A DNA stretch of 59,587 nt, counting the filler, from Basidioascus undulatus (Eukaryota), in assembly GCA_000826855.1 (NCBI GenBank). It is 4 parts of 4 records of this genome, joined end to end, with 100 filler letters (N's around TTAATTAATTAA, not from the genome) between each part and the next. Parts side by side here need not be neighbours in the genome. Positions count along the whole stretch, not along the records: positions 30,271 to 59,587 come from JTLS01000130.1; 3 more parts are not named here. The stretch is one strand, 5' to 3'. Positions 37,325 to 50,659 of the stretch are shown in pieces. The stretch's first letter is position 1, and each line of letters begins with the position of its first letter. The position numbers and the translations under genes were made by a program. The notes under the pieces were generated by a model. That model saw nothing but the letters and a program-made list of their open reading frames with translations, was not told the DNA's origin and searched no databases.

Positions 37325-39699
37325 ATTGTCGTTGAAAACGCAGGAAAGGCGATGGGTATTGAGAACGGAGTAGGGATGAGTGATGGGGACGAGCTGAGAA
37401 CACCGGGCAGACTCCATGCCGCGTTATATGCCCATCCCCAGAGCTCCGGCGTCCGCGACTGTGCGCCGCTATGTGCTGCCTACAGTCGTGCACGCTGACA
37501 CCCGCAAATAGCAGTCGACGGGGATGGGATGCACACGAGGGTACCGACTACTTTGTGAGAAGAAAGAGGAGTTCTTCGTGACTACCTACCTGCACCTCGA
37601 GGCAGAAGCACCTGAGGAAAACAAGATAATGTCAGGTCTACCATCTCCAGCGTATGCGTATCCTCCATAAATTGGGGCACCAGCTTGATATTCATGTGGT
37701 CATCAACGCTGTAACAAGCTGGCGGAAGACTACGCCAGCGATCCAGCCGGACGATCACCGCATGGCGCCCACCTCTACAACATGCTCTTCCCGGCTCTGG
37801 CCCCGTTCATATGGATACAGAGACCCAGATAACCTCTTTTCTTTGAGGAAGAGAATAGAAATAGTGACACTGATACCCCTCCCCAGTTTGGCGTACTCGC
37901 TTATGCAACGACGCTACCTTCGTGCACCACAATGCACCATGTGGTTGTGCGCAGCAGTAACAGGGGCCTCCCCATGCGATCAAATGCGACGTGCGGCCAG
38001 CTCGGCCCATTTGCCGTCTGCATCGGTTACCATTTCCATGTGTGCTTCCAGAAGATCGAGCTTGCTTACGGAATTGATTGTTTGTGCCTCTCCCAACTCG
38101 CTCGTTCCTCAACGAGCTAGATACGAAATTCGACCTCCCTGCCGAGACCGCTCGCTTGTGCTTCTTTCCCGTTATGTAGTATTTATGGACCAGGAAAACT
38201 CCACGCGATCTCCAACCTTCGAAAAAATGGCAAGGGAACGCCCTTTCGGTACTCGAGCTACTCTTTACAGTGTCTAAAGGAGTCAGTACCAACCGCCGGC
38301 CAATACATCCGCAGACCTTCAATCTCATGCTCATATTCACAAACGATCAATCCAGAATCTTATTAAAATGCATTGAATTTCCCTTGGGTAATCCAGAACG
38401 ACATGCTGCTTTGCGTGTATGGGCGCCTGTGTCAGGCTAGCTGGGTGCATTGTGGGTCCTGGGCGCTGGCCTGTTCTGCAGTCTACACCGTACGGAATCT
38501 GGGCATCGAAGCCAGGAGAGTGGGATAGAATCGCTCGGGTAACATTGTGGACATTCATTCATTTGACAAGAAACGTGGTAGTGTGGGATAGTGCAGCACT
38601 TCGCAGCACCAACAAATCAAGGCGCCATCCGATTGCAATCCGCCTTATAGCCGTAAGGCCCACATGTCGTTTTTCACTATTACTGTGAGTGCTTGCCGCA
38701 AAAGAACCCCGGGCAAATATAGACACGTGCACACGGCCTGACGGGCCGGGGTGTGCTTGCGGTTTCTAAGTGCGGGTGCGCGGCTTTCTGTCCGCCCTCT
38801 TCCTGGGACTTGAGTCTCTCACTCAGCGCTTTCAACCATCTCCTGTCACTGTGCAATCCAAAGCCACCAACTCCACTCGTATCCACATCCTCACGGCGCA
38901 AAATTGAAGCCATGCCCCTCCCCCACTGGGCCAAGAGCCAAAATTTGAAGCTCCCAACGCACGACGACGACACCATCACAAAGGCCAGCTGCCAATCCCA
39001 CATGATCTCGAACCCTCCCAGCCGCAGCACTCCAAACCTCGCCAAACCGTTACTAATCCAGCTGTACATCTCCCTCCCGCACATCCTTATCGTCTTCTAC
39101 ACCACGCCCCACCCCTGCGCGCCCGGCCCTGCTCGGCATCCTCCTCGACACAGCATGTGACCGCGCTCTTGATCGTGAAGGCACGATACCAGTACAAGCT
39201 GCTGTCGGTACAACCGCCAGGTGATGTTCTTGAGTTCGGGCAAAGGACTGCTGAACCGAGAGCAGATGCACCCCATCCGCTCGATGGCAAACGACCCCCC
39301 ACACGGCGAAACCAATCTGGGTACGTTGTATGATTGAGCAAATTTTTAACTGCGATGGAATCAATGACCCGGTCCCACGTCATTTTGGCCTCGCTCTCAT
39401 TATATTGCCTGTAGATGAATACTGTGCTCGATTGGTGCTTGGGAACTCTTCAGAAACTCCAAGAAGCGCAAGCGAAGGTCGCGTACTTTCTTCACTTTTT
39501 CACATGCAGAAGCAGGAAGGTAAAACATGCAGATCATGCAGTTGGGCACGTTCGTGGACAACACTGAGCAGAGTGCCGATCAGACAACAACCTGCAGGGA
39601 GACCAACAGAAGTCAGGCTACCGCCACGCAGTGAGCAACCCCTCGAAGTCCTCGAAGTCTCAAGAAAAACAATGGCGCGACCGCCATCTCGGCGTCCGT

Positions 39700-40665
39700 C
39701 CCTGGGCTTTGGCTGAACCTGCCTGAACTCGTAGGTTACTGGAGACGGACGGGTACATTGACGGAAGCGTGTGGGCCCTATACCAGCGGAGTATATTTGA
39801 GAAAGAGGACTTGCGTGTGCGTCCTTCGAAACACGCAAGTCAGCTCTTTTTCTGAAACAACGAATCCGTGCAATTCCTGAAAGTAACTCTCACCTAGTTG
39901 GCCTTGGACAGACCCACATACGCCGTGTAGCCCGAGTTTTTCACATTAAGGTCCCCATCCTTGTTGACATTGACGGCCGAGCTGGTTCCCGGGTGGAACG
40001 TGTCGCCGAAGCGCATGCCGTGTCTGAATATAACTTAATCCGCCACAACGCATACGCCACTGGAAAACGACACTACGCACCCTTCAAAGCCGTTAACGGA
40101 CTTGTCGATGCGCAGGAAGCTGAGCTGCGTCGCCCCGGACTGGTCCGCCGGGTCGCCTTCGGCGTAGACCCAGTGGCCGGCACGGCTGATTAGTTTGCCG
40201 TATGCACTTTGAAAACAGTGTGAGACTGAGTATACTTTCGAAATTTCCTACAAGAAATGGATAGCGAGCGTACACGGACTTCAGCCTGACGGCGTTACTG
40301 TCCGCTTGGACGACCTGTAATTGTTGAAGGCAACTTCAGCACCATATCGGGGACCACATAAGGATTTCCAGTCTGTTGAAGCGCACCTCGACCTTTGCTT
40401 TCTTTGCACAGTCCCCAGTCGCGATTTGCAGTCCGCCGTTCTGATCCGTGCGCTTTCGACGACGCACTCGTTCCTCCGCATGACGCCGCCCACCTTGCGG
40501 CTGATGTAGCGGGAAACTTGGTCACCTACGACAATCCTGTCGAAGGACTGCGTGTCTGGCACGGGAGCCTGTGTGTGCGGCTTGGCGTGGCGGGGGAATT
40601 GGGGTCGCGATGGCGGAGCCGGTGCTGAGGGCAACGGCGAGGGCGGCGAGAGCGGTGAGACGCGT
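39700..40665 (-). pseudogene. Secreted-protein gene starting at ACG with frameshifts (probable relic); 3' boundary approximate
   Basis: TATAAA at 40755-40760, an ATG-free leader, then ACG-RLTALAALAVALSTGSAIATPIP; downstream exons AGHWVYAEGDPADQSGATQLSFLRIDKSVNGFEG and RHGMRFGDTFHPG..KNSGYTA have canonical splice sites. Confidence 0.55.
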
Positions 40666-41931
40666 GGCTGTGGAGGAAATTTTGTGGGAAAGTTATTGGA
40701 GAATGGAGAAGGAGGGTAAGTTGTGAGAGGGCACTTTGTGTGCACCAAGCAGGCTTTATATCCTCTCCAGAACAGCCGGGACACCATCCGTCTCGGACCT
40801 GAACCTATTCGCACCGCAGGCAACTCGCATGCCATGGGACTGGGATGTCTAACAGAAGTATCTCACTTTATCGGATTGTTCATTGAAAAGTGGGCCATGT
40901 CCGGTCCGCGCTGCCATATAGGGCAGCTTGAGCAGGCCCAACAAGTCGGAACAGCCTGCGCTTGCACTCCCACTTTACTTCGCTACCGGGCCTCGAAGAC
41001 GACTTGAAGTGCACATTTCCTGCCTGACTCAGAGGACTGTAAACATTTGAGGTCGCCAACGCCAGGCGGTGGATCCCCAATGGAAGTGATAAGCCTGCAG
41101 GCCTACTGCTCCCACAACCGTCGATTGAAGGATTCCTTCACGATCATGAGTACACCACAATCTATGCATTAATTAGGGGTTTGATCTTGACTCTAATTAT
41201 ATAAAAAGCGGCTTCGCAACGGTCGTGAGAGCCAGTGCCGGCAGTACTGTCCGCGCTAGAGTGGGTGGTCCGTGGCCGGATTCTGCAGATTATGAGTGCT
41301 GCACGGCTCTAGCTCACTTTTCAACTTCAATTCATTACTTCAGAGCGCCTTGTCGGCAAGTGGGTCATCTTCCGCGGCTTGGCCATTAGGTAGAGCACAA
41401 GCCTGCATTTCGACTGGCACACGCCAGCAGAGCTTCTGGTCACCGTCTTCCACAGTGGATAAGTCGATCCAAATATGTTGTGGGATGCGTCGAACTATGC
41501 TGAGAGGTAAGGGTACGAATTGTAGTCCATTTCTGCGAATGTCCCGCAGCTCCGCAAGTAACAGAAAAGAAAAGGGATCACGTGCGAAGAAGAGATTGGG
41601 ACGTAGACGCGAGAACACACAGCAAAGAATTGATATGTTAACGGGCGTTTACAGTAGATATGAATTCGAAGGCTAGGCGGGCAAACGAGGACCTCTTACT
41701 GTAGATCAAGCTGCCAGTCATAAGGCACGTCGTTCGAGGCTGCCCCGTTGCCGAGCGCGACACGTAGATGCGCCTGCGGAGCTGGCCTTACAGATCCAGT
41801 GTACGTCTCATGGAAGCATTCAATCCAACAGCTTATGCAAAATAGCGATACAAAACAAAACACTTGGAAACCAACATGCAACCGCGACTTCCCTCCACAC
41901 CCTCCCATTCTTCACAATTCTTCACCCATAA

Positions 41932-44900
41932 TCACGACCTCGTCAACATATACTTAGCACTGCAACCCAAATGTCCGCGCCATCAGCAAACGAGAAGAGG
42001 AAGAAGGGAAAGGCGGTGCCAACCGACGTACTGCCTGAGCAGCTGCTGCGCCTCGACTACCTCCTTGCTCGGGTTGAGGTTGAGCAGCGCCCGGATGCGC
42101 GACTCGATCTCGTTCCCGACGACCTCGACAACCTTGGGCAGGTACGGCGCGATTTGAGGATCCTGAGCGGCGGCGCCAGGTTCGTGTGGTTCTCAGCAGC
42201 GTGTTCGGGATGACGAGGAGAGAGGGCCGGGATGGGGATTGGGACGGACATGGAAGTTGATCGACGACGCAGCGCGATCGAGCCAGCGCAGCTCGAGAGG
42301 CACTTCCCTCCCAAACGGCCTCGGCAGCGGAACCTCAGCGAGCTGCATTCCGAACGAACCATTCCTCAAGTCAATCAGCGTCGTGTCCTTTTTTTTCTTT
42401 CCTCCCTTCACCTTCACCCACACCAGCAGCACACCGAACGCACCTGCCGCAAAAGCGTAACGATAACCGGCTGCGTGACGGTCTTCTTCCCCCCGCCAAG
42501 CGGCAAAACCTCGTCGATGTTGACGCGCACGAGGAGCTCCTTCACGCGGCGGATGTCCTTGCTCTGCAGCACAGCGTGGAACGCGACCTCGTGCTCCTCG
42601 CGCGGGAGGGGCGGCAGGCGCTGCAGGGGCGCCACGACGGGCGATGCGGGGGCGGGCCCGTTCATCGGGGTCGGACGCAGCGGGCTGGAGCCGCTGGCGG
42701 CGGTGACGGAGGGCGCTCGCGAGTGCGCGTGCACAGGCGGCTGCGCCTGCTGCAGCTGCTGCTGCTGCTGGAGCGTAGCCACTTGGTTCGAGAGCGTCTT
42801 GACCTGCTGCGTGAGCTGCTGGATCGAACGCGCCATGTCGCGGAGGAGCGACTGCAAAACCATCCCACCCCTCTTCACATCAGCAGCGGCACACCTCATC
42901 TCGTCTGCGCATCCGAACGCACGTCGTTGCTCCCCGTATCAGGCGACACGATCTCCTTCCGGATGTTGAGCAGCTCATTGGCGATATCGTCCCGGAGGAG
43001 ATCGCGTGTCTCCTCAGACGCCGCATCTGCCAGCGCCCGCGCATCAAATCAGCACCGCGCCCTGGCGACCCCGCTCCCCTCAGAGAAACGGAACGTACAG
43101 ATCGTCTCAGAGAGCGACTTCTCTAGCCCCCGCTGCAGCGCCGGCGTGACACTCGCAGTCAAGCTCCTCGCGAGCCCGCTCGAAAAGTCGCTCCTCAGCA
43201 GCAACCGCTCCAGCTCGCCAGGGAGGATCTACCCGCCGTTCAACTTCCTCGTCAGCCTCCTTCCTTCTCCTCCTTCTGCCTGGCCAACGAGCGAACGCAC
43301 CTGCTTAACGACGCCCCCCAACCCCCTCTCCACCTCCCTGCCCAGCTCGCGCGCGAGCCCCTCCTCCACGGCGGGGAGGACCTGCGCGCTGACGGCGCTC
43401 GCGATGGCGGCCTGGACGACCTTGGTCGTGTTTGACGCGAGCTCGTCGGAAATAAGCTGGACGAGGCGCTCTTGGCGCGCGAGGTCGGCCGACTGCGAGG
43501 AGAGGAGGGTGGAGGAGAGGTGGCGCTCTGCTCGTGGGACGAGTTAGAGGCGGGGAAGGAGGAAAAAAAGGGAGGAAGCAAGGAGGGTGTCGTACGCTGC
43601 TTCTCCAACTCGGTGATCAGCAGCCGAGAAAGTCGGTCTTCGACCTCGCGCAGCCCCTCGCTGCTCGCCCCACCACGCACGATCTCCCTTCTCTTCGCCT
43701 TCGTCTTCTCCTTCTCCTTAACCTCCTCGACCTCGACCTCCCTCCCCACCCCATTCTGCAGGGCCCTGCCCGCCTCGACCCACCGCTCATCCTTCAGCTC
43801 CTCCCCAAGCGGCGTCTCCGGCACCCACGCCGCCTCATCCTCCCTCTGCCTCTCCACCACCTCCTTCAGCACCTCCTCCTTCGCCGCCTCCTCCTCGCCC
43901 GGCAATGCCGCCAGATCGACGTCGACCCTGGCGATCCCGCCTGGGTGCACAGCCCATACGCCCACGCTGCGTGCGCCGCTCTTCACGGGTGGCGTGACCG
44001 TAAAGTTCGTGACGGGGCTGACGTCCGCGGGGAGGGGCATCTCGACGATCCTCCTCACGCTGGGGCGGGGTGCGTTGGCCTTGCTCGCCTGGGCAGCCTG
44101 GATCGCCGCTGCAGTGGACCCGGACCCGTGGTCCGCAGCGGCGGGGTCGGGTTCCTCGGCCTCGACGGAAATCGCAAAGAGGCTTTGTCGCTCCGAGGAC
44201 GCGGCGAAGATGGTGTGGGAGCGTTCCTCCCACTGGAGGACGGCGTACCCGTCCTCCGCCCCGCCGGAGAGGTGAACGCTTGCGCTCGGGTGGGTGTGCG
44301 CGTGGGAGGCGAGCGAGAGCGGGTAGAGCTCGACGAGGCGCCCGCGGTCGCGGGAGAGGATGAGGAAGGGGGAGGCGGTGAGGTGGAGGGAGGAGATAGG
44401 GTGGGCGGAGGCCGAGGAGAGCGTGTGGCGCGCGATGATGGTTGGTTCCTGGGTGGAGGATGGGGAGGCCCCACCGCGCGGGAGGGACCAGGTCGTGATC
44501 TTGTGGCCGTGCGCGACAGAGAGGGCCGTCCCGTCTGGGGAGAACGCGAGGTCGAGGACCGGCTGACCGTGCTCCAAGACGAGCGCGACCTTCCGCAGCT
44601 CTTCCACGCGCAGCGTCTTCCCGCCGACATCACGAAGCGCAACGATGAGCACCTCCCCGCCTCGCACGAGCGCGAGCCGGCTGCGCTCTGCGCCGGGCAC
44701 CCAGAGCGCGCGCGACACGCCCCCGTGTACCTGTAGGACGACCTGGCACGCTGGGTTGTCGGTCGCGAACGTCTCGGGAAAGGACCACACAAGCGCAACG
44801 CCCGTCTCGGTCACGCCTGCCAGGCGTGCGCCGGGCGCGACGGCGATGTCTACCAGCGGCCCGGCGGACGCAGCGGTGGGCGGCGGACGGAGGAGCGCGC

Positions 44901-46433
44901 GCGCGCCGGAGGTCTGGTCGATAAGGCGGGTGCGACCTGAGAAGGGAGTGGCTCAATCCATACACTCTGAAAAGGGAAGATGGTTGGACACAGAAAGGAG
45001 GACGGACCCTTCGACATGCTGTAGCAGATCACGGCAGACACGGAGACGTTCTGTCCGCCGCCCGGGGCGTACGCGATGTTGTTTTTGAGGATCGTGATGG
45101 CCTCGACGCCAGTCGCTCCTGTAAGGAGCGTCCCCTTGTTCGGGAGCGAGAGGTGGATCGTGTGGTGCTGCGCGGGGGAAAGGGCGGTCCTGCGGGTGCG
45201 TCCGGAACGGTGAGTCGAATGCATGGGGAAAGCTTAGGAGAAATGATATGTGCGCACGGAGCGGAGGACGGTGAGGTCGCGTAGTTGCGGGCGGGGTTGA
45301 TGAGCTCGGGCGCGGGCGCAGCCGAGGGAGATGCCGACGCTGCGGCTTCGCGCAGCGGCACCTCAAGCTCCTCCACCTCCTTCTTGACGTCGATATCCTT
45401 CTCCTCCTCCTGCACCGGCTTCTCCTGCGCCGGTTCCTCAGCCGGCTCCTCCTTGACTGGCGCAGGCGCGGGACTAGCCTCGCCAGCCTTCGGGCCCGTC
45501 GGGACGGCCGTCTCCTTCTTCGGCGTCCCTGCGGTCCTGGACGGCGTAGACGCCGCGAGGAGGTCGAAGGGTGAGACGAAGTCAAAGACTGGCTTGGGCG
45601 TGGACGCGGACGTGGAGGAGAGGTGCGCTGGCGGGGGAGGCGTCGTCACGCCGAGGTCGGAATCGAGAGGCGGGTTGGAGGTGGCTGGGACGGGAGAGCT
45701 GCAGAATGAGGCAGAGGAATTGTGAGTATTGGGATAGAGTGGGGGTTGGAGGATTAGAGGTGGGGAGCACGCACGCGCTTTCGGATGCGGATGCGAGTGG
45801 GCGGGGTGAAGCAGGAGGGGGACGCGTGTGGGCCGGAGGCGTCGCGGCCGAGGGGGACGCGACGGGCGCGGGTGAGCTGGATTCAAGGAAAGAGATTCGA
45901 GGTGAGCATCATGTCCGGATTGCTTCGGTAACAGTGGCAGTATGAGAGGGTTAGTGAACCATCCGCTGCAAGATACCCATCCCAACCGGATCCAGATCTT
46001 TCTCCGACCTCGCCTGGCGTATACAGACCATCACTCACCCAATCCCAACCCCACTCCCAGCAAACAGCTGATCCAGCAAGCTCACCCCGGGCGCCTGCAC
46101 TTGCGGTTGCACTGGCTGGGGCGCCGGGCTACCCGCGCTGTTGAGGAGCGCGAGCAGCCCATCCGCGCCGCCAATGCTCCCGGTCGGCGAGCGGGAGTGC
46201 TGGATCGGCGGCCGCACAGCGGTCGGAGGCGTCGGCGCTGGGCTGAGGCCCTTGAAAAGTGATTCGAGCGCGGATGCCCCGCCTGCCGAGGACGGGAGCG
46301 GTGAGGTCGGGTTCGAGGGCGAGAGGGGAAGCTGCGACGGCGTGGGAGACGGTGACGGCCCTGTGCCGGACGCGTCCGGCTTGCCGCGCATGAATAGCGA
46401 CAACAGGTCGTCGGACGTAAAGTCGTTCGACAT
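41932..46433 (-). CDS. EDC4: EDC4/Ge-1/Pdc1-like mRNA decapping scaffold (WD40 propeller, coiled coil, C-terminal helical domain)
   Basis: Disordered N-terminus with FDFVSPFDLL; ICYSMSKG-RTRLIDQTSGARALL; VLDLAFSPDGTALSV (WD40); long helical region; C-terminal VTQPVIVTLLRQ..WLDRAASSINFH-DPQIAPYLPKVV resembling the EDC4 C-terminal domain. Confidence 0.8.
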
Positions 46434-48324
46434 TGTTTGGGAGATCGGAAAGACCAACTATGGCGACGAGAGCAAAGAGGTCGACCAGCCCGACGAGTAT
46501 CCAAGATGTCATCGGAACGCTTGCCTGCTTTCCGGGGAGAGTCCGTGGATATTCACTTGCCTCCAGCCTGCTTGAGCCTGCAGGAGTACGTCTGCATAGT
46601 GCTTGAAATTGAAATTTGAACTCCTTACGCATGGATAATATGCAGGTTTAACGCTGGATATGCTTATCTAAGAAGTCCAGTCATCGCGGGCGGTGCCGGG
46701 ACTGCGAAACTGTATCGTGTACTGCCAACTTATCTGAGCCACATACATTGCGGCCGAGGCTCACAGAAGTTCATACCAGGGAAGGGAGCCCAGCTGGATT
46801 TGTGAGCTAATGTGAAGGAGTAGAAGTTCCTCAGAGAGTGAGAGGGTGAGAGATTATCCACGAACAAACGTCTCTTTCACAACACCCGCTCTATTCGGCG
46901 GGGCCTGCAGGGCTTTCTGTTGCCAGTTTTTGCAGGAAGCTAGATATTGAATATTCCGAGGTGCTGTATACGTTCTGAAAGTCCACCGAACTCTGGGTAT
47001 TGGATACCGCACACAAGCAACAATGGGAGCCGTGCAGGACTGCCTGACCATGTTCCAGTCCGCCTACACTGGTCCTGTACGCTGCCACGTACCGGGCAGA
47101 GTTTCAAGGTGTTGCTCATCGACTTGATGAAGATCTATACTTCAATGATTTTGGTTCGCGCATTTAGGTATTACGAGGAGAGAGAGCTTCAGCGTGAAGA
47201 TGAAGACCGAACGGCAGTCCGTTCCTCGACCTTCTTGTCGGCAGACTTCGAACATCCCATGGGCCGACAGCACCGACTGGATTTGAAGCCCACTTCCAGA
47301 TCTTCGTAATTTCTCATGAATTTTCCCTTTGATCTCTCAACCCGAACTGGCAACACGCTCGAGCGCGCTCTGAGGAGTGCCACTCCAGCGCGTAGTGCGT
47401 GCGTGCCATTCCTCCTCTTCATCCGGTTCCTCACCGTCACGCCCTTCAAATCCACTCGTCCTTTCGTCCCTCTTCTTCCTCTCACCCCCTCAATACTTCT
47501 CGCTTGTACTCTTACCTACTACCTCCTTTCCCGACTCCCTCAAATTCCAGGCGTAACGCATCAACGTTGGTGCAGCTGTGCACTGCCGCCCTCCTTTCGC
47601 CTGCGTGCCTCAGCGCACGGTGTGCTCCTTTTTTTGGAGCCCGAGGGCACCCGATTTTATATATAGATTTCATGGGGTGCCTCTGCCCACTCTCACACTT
47701 CATTTTCTAGGTTTCCTACCCTAGCGTTCATCTTTCCTCCTTGGTGCCTCTGTGTACTTCTTCTCTTTAAAGTGCCTTCGCGCACTCCTGTCGAGGTTGC
47801 ACTTTCTCCTTGGTGCCTTTCCACACTCTTTCAAACTTTTAATCTCTCTCGAGGTGCCTTTGCGCACCACCTTTTGTTCTCGATAGGCCTCGGCAGCTTG
47901 ACTCCCTTCTTCAACTCTTCGACCCAGAGCGTTCTCTTCCTTCTCTTCGGTTTCTGGGGTGCCTTGCAGCACTACCATCAGCCCCTCCCTAGCATTTCAC
48001 GCTGGGTGCTCTCAGGAGCGTCCGTGAACTCCTTGCCCAGCTACCCTGACGCTGCGAGCGTCCGTAGGTTTCTGGTCGTCCTTGAGTTGCGCAATAGTGC
48101 CCTGCTTTCCTGGGAACGGCGACACGCTGATTCTGCTGCTATTCCTCTGCGTCGGTCATTCTTTTCTGGTAGAGCGTGAAAGCTGGGAACGATTGAAGCG
48201 GTACGGGTTGGCTGGCTTGCGTGAAACTGGTTCTGAAGCGCTAAACAAAAACAGGGTTCGAGCAGGCTGAAGACGCTCGCCGAAGGCGACTATCACCTTC
48301 CATCGACCATCACCTCCCCTCGCC

Positions 48325-50175
48325 ATGGTTTCGAACGTTTTCGATACTCTGCCTCACGAGATCGTCACCGAGATCTTTCATCGCAGATTTACTGCAGGAG
48401 AGTGGGTGGTTCTCTCGGGTACACTCGCAAAGTACCAGGGCCCGTTATTCAACGAGCGGATTCCCGTCGCCCATCTCAACCGGAGGTTGCGTCGCATCGC
48501 GGTGCCGCTCGTCTATCGCGAGCTCGAGTACGGCCGGTGGCCGCCCCGGTCGTTGGGGGAGGACATCGCGCGCTTTGAGAAGCTCGGGGAGCTGCTGGAC
48601 GGGGTGGGCGCGGCAGTGTACACTAAGTGAGCATGCCTGACATCGCGAGCGCTCGTGCACGTGCTGACTGTGATCGGATGCAGATCCCTCAGCATTACTG
48701 GAAACGGGGGGCCGCTGGAGGATTACACGCCCGAGCTCCTGGAGCAGATAGCGCACCAGCATCGTGCGATGTGGGCTGTTATAGGCCGCTTGCCGAAACT
48801 CGGTGCGCCCACTCAGACTGGCTTGACCACTAGTTACTGCTACCGCTCAAACCCGTCGTCCTGCAGAGTACCTGTCATTCACCACCGCCGACCTCTACTC
48901 CCCAGCGCCGTTCTTCTACCTCGGGCGGACCCACCCGCGCATGCGCCACATCTCCCTCTCGTACAGCCGCGTCGTCCGCGCAAACTTCGACTGGGACGAA
49001 CCGCCGGAGACGCCCGTCGTGCGCATGCCCGAGCTCACATCCATCGCTCTCCAGTTCTTTTCCTCTCGGAGCCGCGCATCGTTCTGGGCGCCTATGATCA
49101 TGCTTGCTGCCGTCCACAGCCGCACTCTGCGTCGAATTTCGATCGAGGACTCGTGCAGTATCCGCTCGCGCATCGCACCGCACCCGCTCAACACGGACGA
49201 CAATCGCGACAGCGTAGACTCGTCGGTCTCTTTCATCTGGGACGCGGCTATCTCATGGCCCTGCCTGGAGATGCTCGACTTCGATCTGGGATCGCTTCAC
49301 GGTGCTCGCGCGTTCACCGTGGCACCTCATCCGTTACCGAATCCACTTCCACCGGCGGTGCTCGCCTCTCTTGCCACCGTCCGCATGCACTCTTCCTTCT
49401 CATTTGAGCACGACGGCCTGTTCCTTCTCGCTCCCAATGTTTGCCATGTCGTCGTCGAGGGCTTTCTCCACGAGCACGACGCCCGCACCGCTGCTCTGGC
49501 CCTCGCCCGGCTTCCGCTTGAGCGCTTGGAGTTATCGTTGGCCGACTTTACGCCAGAGCTTCTCACCTTCTTGCTCAACCAGCTGTCGCATCTCCTCGAG
49601 CTTCGACTTGGCTTCACGTCTGCAGAACCCGAAGAGTGGCAGGATTGGATGGTGCGCCTCATTCCCATGATCCGATCAGTCTGAATTCTTATATGCTGAC
49701 ATCGCTCGCATATGCGCAGGAGAAGTATCAGCAGGCGTTCAGTCACGGCAAGAATCTTCGCAGCGTCTATCTCCACTCGACCTTCGACAAGGTTTCGACC
49801 GTGTCCGTCGAGGACGTGCTAGACTGGCTTGAACTTCCTATCGGATCTTTCGAAACTCCCGAGCAGCTCACGGCCGAGGCCGTCCTGCGCGTCAATCGTC
49901 ACTGGCTCGACGTGCCGTCAGAACCGGCGGAGCGCTGGCACACGCACCCCGAGTACCGCCCTTGCATCCTCGCCGAGCTGATCGCCGCGGTCTGCCCAAA
50001 GTTGCGCGAGGTCTGGTCGTTCAGAAAGATCCAGGGGCTGTCGTTCCATTCACGCGGGCATGTGCGCTGCGAGGTCTCGCGCGACCCTGTTGGGGTGTTG
50101 GACGTGACCGAGGAATGGGGGCCGCTTCAGGGCTGGGGGATGGAGATGTTCGAGAGACAGCGATGCTTCTATTGA
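48325..50175 (+). CDS. F-box-like protein with RNI/LRR-like C-terminal region, paralog 1 (intact)
   Basis: FDTLPHEIVTEIF..HLNRRLRRIAVPLVYREL F-box pattern; LxxLxL repeats; exons join in frame where checked; ends FERQRCFY*. Confidence 0.8.
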
Positions 50176-50659
50176 AGATGTTTTGATCGTTTCATGTAGA
50201 AATCAATTGCATTGTTGATTTGTATATTATGGTAGTGTGCTGTCCGGACTTCCTGGTGCCGCCAAGGCCTTGCCTGCAGCTTCAGAGGCAACCGCAAGTC
50301 TCTCAACATTGATAGGGTCCCGATTTTGATAAGAGATTCGGCGCAGGAATAGAAAGGCAAGCAACCAGGTTCTGCGGGCCACTTCTTGACCTGCAGCTTC
50401 TTGACCTGCAGGACTCGGAGTTGTGTGTCTTCATTTCACGGCCACTGGGCTTGGACGGGCGCCCTGCATCAGTGTCGGTTTGATCACCAAGGGTTTCGCT
50501 CCCATATAATAATAATAATCTTGTGTATTGACTTATGCTGTAAGTAGCAACTCGTATAATATGTGCGGCACCTGAAAGATAAGGAACAAACGCCGAGCTC
50601 AGGGTGCGGCGCACCCCCAACTCTCCCCTTGAACATCACCTTCTTCGCCGCACACTACC

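Noticed and set aside
47316..48179. Hydrophobic plus-strand ORFs
   Set aside because: Explained by C/T-rich composition; no coherent gene model or family motif.
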